The notes beneath the pieces are model-generated. The model was not told the DNA's origin. It did no database searches and was given only the letters and a program-made list of their open reading frames with translations. Of a stretch of DNA of 64,000 nucleotides, positions 28,864 to 38,162 are shown piece after piece; the first letter of the stretch is position 1, and each line of letters begins with the position of its first letter. The stretch spans positions 3,744,001 through 3,808,000 of the forward strand of contig OZ271854.1 of the NCBI GenBank assembly GCA_965601925.1. The letters are read 5' to 3'. The stretch comes from Alkalispirochaeta sp. Its GTDB lineage: Bacteria; Spirochaetota; Spirochaetia; DSM-27196; Alkalispirochaetaceae. A program made the translations under genes and the position numbers.

Positions 28864-29304
28864 ATGAAAGTCCGTGCATTTCAACGTTTCGCGCGATTCG
28901 GCGGCTTGTTCAACATCATCGCCGCGGTTCCCTTGGCGACACCGTGGACGATGGATGTGTATCTGCGACTCATCGGCGGCTTGAATCGGTCACTCGGCCT
29001 CGGGGGAACGCTTTGGCTCGATGTAAACCATCCGGTTCACCGCTTTCTGGTGATGACCGCGGGCATCGACTTGGTACTCGTGGGTGTCTTGGTGCTCTGG
29101 GCGGCGCACGTGCCGGTCCAACGCAAGAGCTTGTTCGTGTACAACGCCGCGGCGCGTCTGATATGGACCGCGTTCATGATCTACTTTGTCGTCGTGTTCA
29201 ACTTGTGGCCGATCTTTTTGGTGTTCGGGTTGACGGATATCGTCATTAGTATCGTGTTCTTGCGCTTCGCATGCTCCGGCCGAAGACGTATCGCGCCCGT
29301 GTAG
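28864..29304 (+). CDS. Four-TM membrane protein
   Basis: Hydrophobic helices; GGAGG SD at 28850. Confidence 0.7.
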   Translation: MKVRAFQRFARFGGLFNIIAAVPLATPWTMDVYLRLIGGLNRSLGLGGTLWLDVNHPVHRFLVMTAGIDLVLVGVLVLWAAHVPVQRKSLFVYNAAARLIWTAFMIYFVVVFNLWPIFLVFGLTDIVISIVFLRFACSGRRRIAPV

Positions 29305-29342
29305 AACGGTCCGGGCCGTGGTATGCTCCGGTAGATTGGTGA

Positions 29343-29924
29343 ATGGATTCGATGTCTACAGCGGATGAGTTGAAGCGACGGCGGAAACGCCACCGTATCG
29401 AGCGCATACTGGAGGCTACGTGGGCCGTAGTGCAGGACCACGGAGCGCGCTATCCCGCTCTGTTCGAAGAGGTCGCCGCGCGGATAGCGGTAACGAGGCC
29501 GGCGCTGTATCGCTATTTTCGCGATCGCGAGAGTTTGCTCCGTGGGGTCGTCGAGTGGAAGAGCAGCGAGTTGACCGCGATGTTACGCGCCGCGGTTGCT
29601 CCACACGGCGACGTCACCGCTCGTGTCGGCGCGGTCGTCCGCGAGGCGTTGGCGTTTCAAATCGCCAATCCATCGTATGCGGAGCTCTTGTTGAGTGGGA
29701 GTCAATTGAGGTACCCGCGCGATGAGCACCCCTTCAGACCGATCGTGGATTTAGTGGCCGAACAGTTCTTTCCGAACGATACGAGCGCCGGTCGAGATCA
29801 TGCGGTAATGTTTCTCAGCATACTGTTCTCTCCCTCGTTTCGCAGCCGGATGCACCCCGAACTGGATGTCTCGGTAACGGACGAGGACGCGTTGCGAAGC
29901 TTTGTGCTTCGACTGATAGATTGA
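29343..29924 (+). CDS. TetR/AcrR-family regulator
   Basis: EEVAARIAVTRPALYRYFRDRESL HTH. Confidence 0.88.
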   Translation: MDSMSTADELKRRRKRHRIERILEATWAVVQDHGARYPALFEEVAARIAVTRPALYRYFRDRESLLRGVVEWKSSELTAMLRAAVAPHGDVTARVGAVVREALAFQIANPSYAELLLSGSQLRYPRDEHPFRPIVDLVAEQFFPNDTSAGRDHAVMFLSILFSPSFRSRMHPELDVSVTDEDALRSFVLRLID

Positions 29925-29980
29925 TATCGGTAGGCGTTGCCTTCGAGTCGGCGAGGGGCATCGCGTTCTCCACCGCCCGG

Positions 29981-30928
29981 CTACGCCGCACCGCCGCCAC
30001 GGTTCGAGGTGCGGCCCGTCGGCGACTCGTCGACATCCGCGGCGAGGACGTCCCGATACCGCCCCGGGGGCAGTCCGTACTTGCGTTTAAAGAGACGTAT
30101 GAACTGCGAGACGTTTTCATATCCCAAGTCGAGGGCGATCGAGGAGACCTCGGCACTTCTTGATCGCAGTAGACGTTCGGCATGGGTGAGCTTGCGATCG
30201 ATGAGCCATTGCTTGGGCGACGTAGCGTATCGCAACCGAAACTCCCGATTGAACGAGGTCTTGCTCTTGCCGCTTAGGGCGATATAGTCGTTAACGGTAA
30301 GGTCCGTATCGAAGAGGAGATCCATGATCTTCACAGGGTCGCGCGTCTGATTGGCGCGCGGACCGGCAAGCCAGCGTGAGAGACTCGGCGCGTCGTCGTA
30401 AAGGCGTACCAGCTGGAGGAACTCCATGAGTTGTAGCTCCATGAGGTGGTACGCACCGTCCGGCACCGCATCGAGAAGAGCTTTCGCGTTGCTGCAGAAT
30501 ATCCGGATCGCGTGAGACGTCGGGAGTACGAGAGGTGCGAATGCTCCATCGTCCTCGCTCGATCGACTCGCGCCGCCGCCGTCGCGAACGGCTCGTCCGG
30601 CGCGCGGGAGCCGAAAGAGTAGATCCTCGTGTAAGAAGAAAACATAACTTTCGAAGGGCGCGCCGGAGCCGGCAAAAAGGTCGCTGATCCAAAAGATATC
30701 CCGGGGGAGGAGAAGCATTTCGCCGGCAGTCGCCCGGTACTCCCGCCCGTCCATATCCCGTACGATCTTGGCACCCTGCACCACAACGCTGGCCGACGCC
30801 GTCGTTGCCCGGATGCGCTGTTCCAAGAGGGGACGAGCCAGGCGTTTGTAGACGATGGCGTTGCCCTTCCAGACCGATAGCGCGGTCGCGTTGGGATCGT
30901 TTTTCAGTGCTCGCGGTACCGTTTTCAT
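29981..30928 (-). CDS. AraC-family regulator
   Basis: C-terminal SGKSKTSFNREF...LGYENVSQFIRLFKRKYGLPP. Confidence 0.88.
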   Translation of the reverse strand: MKTVPRALKNDPNATALSVWKGNAIVYKRLARPLLEQRIRATTASASVVVQGAKIVRDMDGREYRATAGEMLLLPRDIFWISDLFAGSGAPFESYVFFLHEDLLFRLPRAGRAVRDGGGASRSSEDDGAFAPLVLPTSHAIRIFCSNAKALLDAVPDGAYHLMELQLMEFLQLVRLYDDAPSLSRWLAGPRANQTRDPVKIMDLLFDTDLTVNDYIALSGKSKTSFNREFRLRYATSPKQWLIDRKLTHAERLLRSRSAEVSSIALDLGYENVSQFIRLFKRKYGLPPGRYRDVLAADVDESPTGRTSNRGGGAA

Positions 30929-30997
30929 ACACGTCGTCTCACGAATGTCGATATCGAAGCGACGTCGGCGTCGCCTCGAAAAAGGTAGCTCCTGTCG

Positions 30998-31711
30998 TCA
31001 CATCGAGGCAAATTGTCTCTCTACGGCCTTGTGATCGGCCCTCCATTGGGCGTACACCGACTGTGACATCGGGTCCGGAAATACGTCGGCCTCTTCCGAC
31101 TCTATTCCGCGAAGAATACCGGCGGCGACGTCCCCTGGGCTCGTCTTCGGAGCATCGACGCCGGCGAGCATGTCGGTGTCCACACCGCCGGGGAATACGT
31201 TTTTCACGGTGATACCATATTCTTCCACGGTTCCTCGCAGCGACAAAGCGAGCGACCATGCGGCCGCCTTGGACGCACAGTAGGCGGCCATGCCCGGCGC
31301 GCTCACGAGGGAAACGAGGGTAAGAATGTTTACCACCGTGCCGCGATTCTCGCGCAATACGGGCGTGAAGGTACGCACCATACGCAGCAAGCCGTAGAAG
31401 TTCACGTCCATGTCCCGTCGAATCGACTCCTCATCGACGGTGAGAATGTCTCCAAAGGTGAGCACGCCTGCGTTGTTGACCAGAAGGGTGACGTCGCGGG
31501 CCGACTCGGCGGCCCGCCGTACGTCATCCGGTGAGGTGATGTCGAGGCGTAGCGGGACAATCCGGCCGTCCGACGCCCACGACGGATCCGCTGCGTTGCG
31601 ATATCCGGCGTATATCTTACCGGCCCTCGACGCGGTAAGCGCCTCGACCAACGCTTTGCCGATACCTCGATTCGCTCCGCTCACCAGTACCACTGAATCC
31701 TTGATCGTCAT
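30998..31711 (-). CDS. SDR oxidoreductase
   Basis: SGANRGIG, NNAG, YCASK, PGGVDTDM. Confidence 0.92.
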   Translation of the reverse strand: MTIKDSVVLVSGANRGIGKALVEALTASRAGKIYAGYRNAADPSWASDGRIVPLRLDITSPDDVRRAAESARDVTLLVNNAGVLTFGDILTVDEESIRRDMDVNFYGLLRMVRTFTPVLRENRGTVVNILTLVSLVSAPGMAAYCASKAAAWSLALSLRGTVEEYGITVKNVFPGGVDTDMLAGVDAPKTSPGDVAAGILRGIESEEADVFPDPMSQSVYAQWRADHKAVERQFASM

Positions 31712-32082
31712 ACCGACTCCTCTCTCAGGTTTTTGTGCAGTATGGGCATTATGACGGGCGGGCGTTGCCGTAAACGGTCCGGCGTTAGCAGAAACGGCCC
31801 GGAATGATAGAAAGGGAGTCGTTGAACGGTCGAAAGGAGACGTGCGCGCGTTGAGCCGAACGCGCGTTCGACAACGCTCTTTGTGTCATACCCGATGTGA
31901 GAAACGCCAAACTCGCGGAGGCTCTCGCGATCGCCGCACGCAACCCATACATTTTGAGTGCCGCTCCTGCGAGAACTCCGACGTTGCCCGAGACTGGCGT
32001 CACCGAACGCGACGGTCCGGGAGCGCGCAATCGGCGCTCCCGGACGTGTCGCGGCCGGCAGTCTGCTATTTGGGCGACGGAA

Positions 32083-33285
32083 CTACCACGATGCGGCAAC
32101 TCGCGTGCTTGCCGAGTTGTACAGGTCGATGGGGAATACCCAGCCCAGCCCGATCGGAACCATGTTGATACCCACGCCTTGGTGCCAGGACCGAAAGACG
32201 AGAACCGAACACACGAAGGCGCTGTTATTGATCGCAAATCCGTAAGGCTTACCAAGCTGAGCGCGCGCCCAGTTCGCCGCCCGAGTGTGATCCGTGCCGT
32301 TCGCCTCCGTCCATACCTGTCTCCACGCGATCGGTATTCCGAGAAATCGCCTTGTGACGACGGACGTTACTCGACCGACTTTGAGGATATCCGCCTTTTG
32401 CGGAGTATTTATCCAGAACTCAGCGGGTTCGTACTGCACGTTGTCGTTGGGCGGCCGATTGACACCGTTCACGATCGTGTAGCCCCACGGAGCCATCGAT
32501 CCTACCCCCCACGCGGTGATGTTCAGAATGTTGTGATGTCCCGCCGGCGGTGAGCTCTCGCTCATGATACTCGCGTGCCCGAAGTCAAACCAAAATGCGG
32601 CGAACGATGTCGGAACGGTACCGCTGCTTCCACTCCCGTGCCCCGGACGGTGCAGAATGATACGTCCCTGACGATGCGCTCCTCGTATGATGGAAAACTT
32701 CTGCGCCTCCGAAAGCGCTGCAGTTTCCACAACAGAGGAGTGCTCGGCCTCGTATGCGGCCACGTACCGCTCGAGAGAGGGCATTCGCTCTTCCATTACC
32801 GCGTGCATCTCCGCCACGGCTGCAGGATTCCGACTGTCGAATGCACGGTCGGGAGATCGACGGAAGAACTCTCTCATGCTGTCGTTACGCCACGCATAGT
32901 ACGCCATGTCGCGTGGGGCCGTGCGTTCGCGTATGGTGTCAATCTGCAGATCGACCAGCGACTGCACCAGCGCCTGTTGCGACTCAACGGGAAGCTCGGC
33001 GAACACTAACGGATTGCCCTCTTCGTCCCGCAGATCCATATCGTGAAAACCCTCTGCAAAGGGATTATCCGCCGGTGCGGCACTCACGTGGAGTTCCCCC
33101 GAGGGATGCCCGTAGTAGACCAGCGAGTACAGATTTTCCCGATACGCTTCGAGCACCTCCTCGGAGTGCTGCACCTCAACATCGTCCGGGGACTCGTTCA
33201 GTAACCCCTGACATCCAGCCGTCGCGAGAACCAAGACCGCGATACCTAACGCGCGGACCACGCCTACGCTTTGTTTCTGAAACAT
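32083..33285 (-). CDS. Lipoprotein with C-terminal permuted papain-like NlpC/P60 (YiiX/YaeF-like) domain
   Basis: Lipobox-like LATAGC; FGHASI precedes AQLGKPY...FVCSVLVFRSW (His before Cys); GGAGGAGG SD. Confidence 0.75.
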   Translation of the reverse strand: MFQKQSVGVVRALGIAVLVLATAGCQGLLNESPDDVEVQHSEEVLEAYRENLYSLVYYGHPSGELHVSAAPADNPFAEGFHDMDLRDEEGNPLVFAELPVESQQALVQSLVDLQIDTIRERTAPRDMAYYAWRNDSMREFFRRSPDRAFDSRNPAAVAEMHAVMEERMPSLERYVAAYEAEHSSVVETAALSEAQKFSIIRGAHRQGRIILHRPGHGSGSSGTVPTSFAAFWFDFGHASIMSESSPPAGHHNILNITAWGVGSMAPWGYTIVNGVNRPPNDNVQYEPAEFWINTPQKADILKVGRVTSVVTRRFLGIPIAWRQVWTEANGTDHTRAANWARAQLGKPYGFAINNSAFVCSVLVFRSWHQGVGINMVPIGLGWVFPIDLYNSASTRVAASW

Positions 33286-33712
33286 GAAAACAACCTCCTC
33301 CGTGTTTCATTTATGGTGTTCTTCAATAAATAATTGTATGAATACTCAATTTTTTTGCCATAGTTTTTTCAATAAAAAGCCATTTTTAATCTATTATTCA
33401 CTTCAATCACATATTTCAGGCTGTACGGTCTTTTTTTGGAAGAATGGCAGTTTTTCGTGATCGTTTTCTGATTGTGTTGGAGTGGTGCTCTTCAACGCCG
33501 TCTGATCGAACGACGGATGGTGCAACCGAAGCGCTCGGGTCGTGGCGTCGCCGATCCCGAACCGGAGCGTCCCCTCGGTTGATGTCGCTCCTCGCGGTCC
33601 TCCTGCCAAATCGACAAGATCCGACACCTGCCACAATCGAAGTGCTTTTTGTTGCAGTACGACCGCGTCGGGCGCAGCATGGTTGCAGAACATAAACGAG
33701 GAGGTCGTGAGA

Positions 33713-35116
33713 ATGGCTGCAACCGTTACGCAGGCGCGCATTCAGCGCTTCGGGCGCTATCTGAGCGGCATGGTTATGCCCAACATTGGGGCGTTTATCG
33801 CGTGGGGACTGATCACTGCGATGTTTATCCCTACCGGATGGATTCCTTCGGAACGACTATCCGCGTTGGTCGGTCCTATGATCCTATATCTGTTGCCCTT
33901 GTTAATAGGATTCACCGGCGGCCGCATCATGTGGAACATCCGCGGCGGTGTCGTCGGAGCGATTGCGACCATGGGGGTTATCGTCGGCGCCGATATTCCG
34001 ATGTTCATCGGTGCGATGATCATGGGCCCGCTTGGTGGGCTTGCGATCAAGAAGTTCGACGAGTGGGTCGAGCCCCATATTCCGGTGGGTTTTGAGATGC
34101 TGGTTAACAACTTCTCGGTAGGCATCATCGGTGGTTTGATTGCCGTACTGTCTCTGGTGACCGTCAATCCCGCCGTTCAGGCGCTGACGACGGCGTTGCA
34201 GACCGGAGTCGAGGCGATCGTGCGTATCGGTCTTCTGCCCGTCGCCTCCGTCCTTATCGAACCCGGGAAGATCCTCTTTCTCAATAACGCGATCAACCAC
34301 GGCATTCTCGGTCCTCTCGGCGCGGCGCAGGTTCAGGAGCTGGGCCAATCCATATACTTTCTTCTGGAGACCAATCCCGGGCCGGGACTCGGTATTCTAC
34401 TTGCGTACCTCGTCTTCTCCAAGGGAGCGATCAAAGACTCCTCAACCGGATCGATCATCATTCACTTCTTCGGCGGTATTCACGAGATTTACTTCCCCTA
34501 TGTGCTCATGAATCCCATATTGATTCTGGCGGTCATCGCCGGCGGCGCCTCGGGCGTGTTGGTGTTCGGAATTCTCGGCGCCGGCGCCGTTGCGACTCCG
34601 TCCCCAGGAAGTATCATCGCCCTCATGGCGGTGGCGCCGCGGGGAGGTCACGCGGCGATTCTCGCCGGTATCATCGTGTCGACGGCGGTGAGTTTTATCG
34701 TCGCCATGCCGTTTATCAGACGCTTTACGAAACAACAGGTCGACGGTGCAGAGACGCTGGAGCGCGCCAAGGAGCAAATGCGGGCGATCAAAGGTATGGG
34801 AACCGTCAAAAAGATCGTCTTCGCCTGTGACGCCGGCATGGGTTCCAGCGCCATGGGAGCCAACCGTCTCAAGAAGAAACTTCGAGCGGCGGGAGTCGAG
34901 GTCTCCGTCGAGCACTCCTCGGTCGACGAGGTGCCCGGAGACGCGCAATTGGTGATTTCGCATGTCAATCTCACCGACCGTGCCAAGGTCGCGGCTCCGC
35001 ACGCCCGGCACTTCAGCATCACCAATTTCGTAAACGCCCCGGAGTACGATGACATCGTGCGCGAACTGTCCGAAGGAAACGGAGCGAACCGGACCGAAAC
35101 CCATACGAGTGTATAA
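33713..35116 (+). CDS. mtlA: PTS mannitol-family EIICB
   Basis: LSGMVMPNIGAFIAWG, LNNAINHG, HFFGGIHEIYFPY, EIIB FACDAGMGSS. Confidence 0.9.
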   Translation: MAATVTQARIQRFGRYLSGMVMPNIGAFIAWGLITAMFIPTGWIPSERLSALVGPMILYLLPLLIGFTGGRIMWNIRGGVVGAIATMGVIVGADIPMFIGAMIMGPLGGLAIKKFDEWVEPHIPVGFEMLVNNFSVGIIGGLIAVLSLVTVNPAVQALTTALQTGVEAIVRIGLLPVASVLIEPGKILFLNNAINHGILGPLGAAQVQELGQSIYFLLETNPGPGLGILLAYLVFSKGAIKDSSTGSIIIHFFGGIHEIYFPYVLMNPILILAVIAGGASGVLVFGILGAGAVATPSPGSIIALMAVAPRGGHAAILAGIIVSTAVSFIVAMPFIRRFTKQQVDGAETLERAKEQMRAIKGMGTVKKIVFACDAGMGSSAMGANRLKKKLRAAGVEVSVEHSSVDEVPGDAQLVISHVNLTDRAKVAAPHARHFSITNFVNAPEYDDIVRELSEGNGANRTETHTSV

Positions 35117-35191
35117 GCGTGAGGCCGGTGGGCGCTGTGTCACAGCTCCTCCCGGCCCTTTATCGTATCCCGTTAGAGTGTAAGGAAGACC

Positions 35192-35680
35192 ATGTCGAGT
35201 TTTGTTCAGCAAATACAGGAAAGCAACACGATCGCGGTGGACCGTCGGGCGGTCGACTGGGAAGAGGCGGTGCGCCTCGGCGGACGGCTCATGGTAGACG
35301 CCCAACTGGTAGAATCGCGCTACATTGACGCGATCGTACGAAATCACCGCGAAATCGGGCCGTACTTCATTATCGCGCCGGGTATCGCTATGCCCCACGC
35401 CAGGCCGGAAAACGGCGTCCTGTCCACCGGCTACGCTTTGGTGACCCTATCCGAACCGGTGGAGTTCGGCGATGAGGAGAACGATCCAGTGGATATCTTG
35501 ATCTTTGCCGGGGCGACCGACCGCGAAAGGCACAACCAAGAGGTCATACCGCAGATCGCAGAGTTGTGTGACAGCGAGGACGTCATCGACGCGTTACGAA
35601 ACGCCAGAGACGTTGCCGCGGTACGATCGATACTTACGGAATTTGAACGGGCGTTGGAAATGGGAGAGTCGGACCGGTGA
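35192..35680 (+). CDS. PTS EIIA (fructose/mannitol family, CmtB-like)
   Basis: GPYFIIAPGIAMPHARPE phospho-His motif. Confidence 0.9.
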   Translation: MSSFVQQIQESNTIAVDRRAVDWEEAVRLGGRLMVDAQLVESRYIDAIVRNHREIGPYFIIAPGIAMPHARPENGVLSTGYALVTLSEPVEFGDEENDPVDILIFAGATDRERHNQEVIPQIAELCDSEDVIDALRNARDVAAVRSILTEFERALEMGESDR

Positions 35681-36948
35681 AAAGTATCGGCGCGCGACTC
35701 TACGGGAAGATGGACATTCGCGTCGAGGAGTTTGAGCTCCCGGCGATCGAAACCGACGAGATCCTGGTGCGAGTACACGCCGACAGCTTGTGTATGAGCA
35801 CGTTCAAGGCGGCAAAGCTCGGAGCGGACCACAAGCGGGTACCGGACGACGTCGCACAGCGACCGATTTTGGTCGGTCACGAGCTGGCCGGTGAGATCGT
35901 GGAGGTCGGGCACGCGTGGAAAGACCGATATGAGGCGGGGCAACGGTGTACCATACAGCCGGCGATCAACTATCGGGGCAGCATGGACTCGCCGGGGTAC
36001 TCGTATCAACACTGCGGCGGCGACGCCACCTACATCATTTTGCCGCGGGAGGTCATGGAAATGGACTGTCTGTTGACCCATTCCGTCTCGGACCATTTCC
36101 GGGCCGCCCTGGCGGAACCGTACTCTTGCGTGATCGGCGCCAGCCGCAGTCTATTTCGTACCGACCGGCGCAGCCACAACCATTACATGGGCATTCGCGC
36201 CGGCGGTACCATGGCCATCCTCGGCGGCGGGGGACCCATGGGACTTGCCGCGATCGACTACGCCCTGAGCGGCCCTCAACGGCCGGCGCGCCTTCTCGTC
36301 ACCGACGTCGATCAGGAGCGCCTGAGTCGGGCGCGACGTATCTTTCAACCTGTGGCCGCGGAACGCGAAATCGAGCTCTTTTTCTTCAATCCGGCCTCGT
36401 CCGACCACGCGGAACGGGATATGCAACGGATCGGTGGAACGGACGGCTACGACGATATCCTCGTGATGGTTCCCGTTGCAGAGGTGTTGGAGCAGGCAGA
36501 TCGACTGTTAGCGTTTAACGGATGTATCAACTTCTTCGCCGGGCCGACCGATCCGGCTTTCGTGGCGCGCATCAACTACTACGGCATACACTATCTCGAG
36601 CACCACGTCATCGGCACCACCGGGGGTACCGTGGACGATGAAAAAGAGGCGTTGGAGCTCCTGGAGCGCGGCCTTACACGTCCTCAGGCACTCGTGACCC
36701 ACATCGGGGGGCTCAACGCCGTACCGGATACCACGATGCGCTTAGCCGAGTTACCGGGCGCCAAAAAGCTGATGTACCCGGGTATCTATCTACCCCTCAT
36801 CGCTCTTGATGATCTGGAAGAAAGGGCTCGCGAGGACGAGTGGTATCGTCCGCTGGCAGATATCGTATCAAGCGCCGGTGGACTGTGGAGCGGCGACGCG
36901 GAGCGCTGGTTGCTGGAGCACGCGCCACGAATAGAGGACAGGGTCTGA
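35677..36948 (+). CDS. Zn-dependent polyol-phosphate dehydrogenase (SorE/YggP-like)
   Basis: DSLCMST, GHELAG, LAEPYSCVIG, GGGGPMG, FFAGP, THIGGL. Confidence 0.85.
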   Translation: MKSIGARLYGKMDIRVEEFELPAIETDEILVRVHADSLCMSTFKAAKLGADHKRVPDDVAQRPILVGHELAGEIVEVGHAWKDRYEAGQRCTIQPAINYRGSMDSPGYSYQHCGGDATYIILPREVMEMDCLLTHSVSDHFRAALAEPYSCVIGASRSLFRTDRRSHNHYMGIRAGGTMAILGGGGPMGLAAIDYALSGPQRPARLLVTDVDQERLSRARRIFQPVAAEREIELFFFNPASSDHAERDMQRIGGTDGYDDILVMVPVAEVLEQADRLLAFNGCINFFAGPTDPAFVARINYYGIHYLEHHVIGTTGGTVDDEKEALELLERGLTRPQALVTHIGGLNAVPDTTMRLAELPGAKKLMYPGIYLPLIALDDLEERAREDEWYRPLADIVSSAGGLWSGDAERWLLEHAPRIEDRV

Positions 36949-36950
36949 TA

Positions 36951-37889
36951 ATGATTCTATGCGTGGGGCTGAGTCCCGCCCTTGGCCGCGTCGTTACACT
37001 TTCGCAGTTCGATCTCGGGGCGGTCAATCGAGCGACCGGATATCTGGAAGTCGCCGCGGGCAAGGCGTGCAACGCGGCACGCGTAGTAAGTCAGTTGGGG
37101 TACGAGGCGACCCTCGTCTCTCCGATCGGCGCCGAATCGTTAGCGCAGTACCGTAGCTTTGTAATGGAGGACGGGATACGGCTTCGTGCCGTGCCGTATC
37201 CCGGTAGGGTTCGCTGGGCGATCACTCTCGTAGATCCCAAACACGGCGCGACCGAGGTCGTGGTAGGAGAGCCGCAGACCGTGCCGAAGGAGGTCGTCGG
37301 AGAGCTCGTATCCGCCGTGGAGAACGAGATGTCGGGAGCGAGTGCGTGTCTTCTCGCCGGTAGCCGTCTTGCGGATATTCCGCGAGAGATCGTGCCCGTC
37401 GTAGCCCGGAGTGCGCAGGCTGCCGGTGTTCCCCTTTTTCTCGATATTCGAGGCGGAGATCTCGCGGCGGCCCTCGCTGCGATGACGCGCGAAACGGGTT
37501 CGGTAACCGTCAAAATCAATGAAGAGGAGTTTACGACCCTCGGAGCGGAAAACGGCACGTCGCACGCCCGCGGGGTACGCTCTCGGACGAGTCCGGCGTT
37601 CGACCTTTCCGAGTCGATATCGGCCTTTGCTCGGCATCACCGGTGCAATGTGGTGGTGACCCGTGGAGACCGTCCGGTGATTTACGCCGAGGCGAACGGC
37701 GACGGATACGCATACCCGGTACCGAAGGTCGAGGCGGTCAATCCGATAGGGAGCGGCGACACGTTTTTGGCCGCTCTGGCAGTTCGTCATGTAGAGAGGA
37801 ACTCATTAGAGAGCGCCGTTGCAGACGCGATCGAGCTCGCGAGCCGCAACGCAACGCTACTGCGGCCCGGGACGATACGGACTCACTAA
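36951..37889 (+). CDS. PfkB-family 1-phosphofructokinase-like hexose-phosphate kinase
   Basis: AAGKACNAARV, KINEEE, NPIGSGDTFLA. Confidence 0.88.
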   Translation: MILCVGLSPALGRVVTLSQFDLGAVNRATGYLEVAAGKACNAARVVSQLGYEATLVSPIGAESLAQYRSFVMEDGIRLRAVPYPGRVRWAITLVDPKHGATEVVVGEPQTVPKEVVGELVSAVENEMSGASACLLAGSRLADIPREIVPVVARSAQAAGVPLFLDIRGGDLAAALAAMTRETGSVTVKINEEEFTTLGAENGTSHARGVRSRTSPAFDLSESISAFARHHRCNVVVTRGDRPVIYAEANGDGYAYPVPKVEAVNPIGSGDTFLAALAVRHVERNSLESAVADAIELASRNATLLRPGTIRTH

Positions 37890-37913
37890 GCGGCCGTCAC
37901 TGAGGAGCGTGGT

Positions 37914-38162
37914 ATGGTGAAACGGACAATCGTAGTGCATAACAGCGAGGGACTTCACACGCGGCCGGCCAACCGGTTCGTGAGGCTCGCCAAGCAGCAC
38001 GACAGCGATGTCACCGTCGCCAAGAACGGCACAGAGGCGCCGGGGCGGAGTCTGCTCAAGATTATGAAGCTGGGGGTGGTACAGGGCGATACACTTGAGG
38101 TGCGATGCGACGGGCCGGACGAAGCGGCACTCCTTGCGGCGATCGAGGAGCTTCTGTCGTGA
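37914..38162 (+). CDS. ptsH: HPr phosphocarrier
   Basis: GLHTRPA (His15), GRSLLKIM (Ser46). Confidence 0.92.
   Translation: MVKRTIVVHNSEGLHTRPANRFVRLAKQHDSDVTVAKNGTEAPGRSLLKIMKLGVVQGDTLEVRCDGPDEAALLAAIEELLS

Noticed and set aside
31897..32553. 218-aa plus-strand ORF
   Set aside because: Largely antisense to the lipoprotein gene; no motifs.
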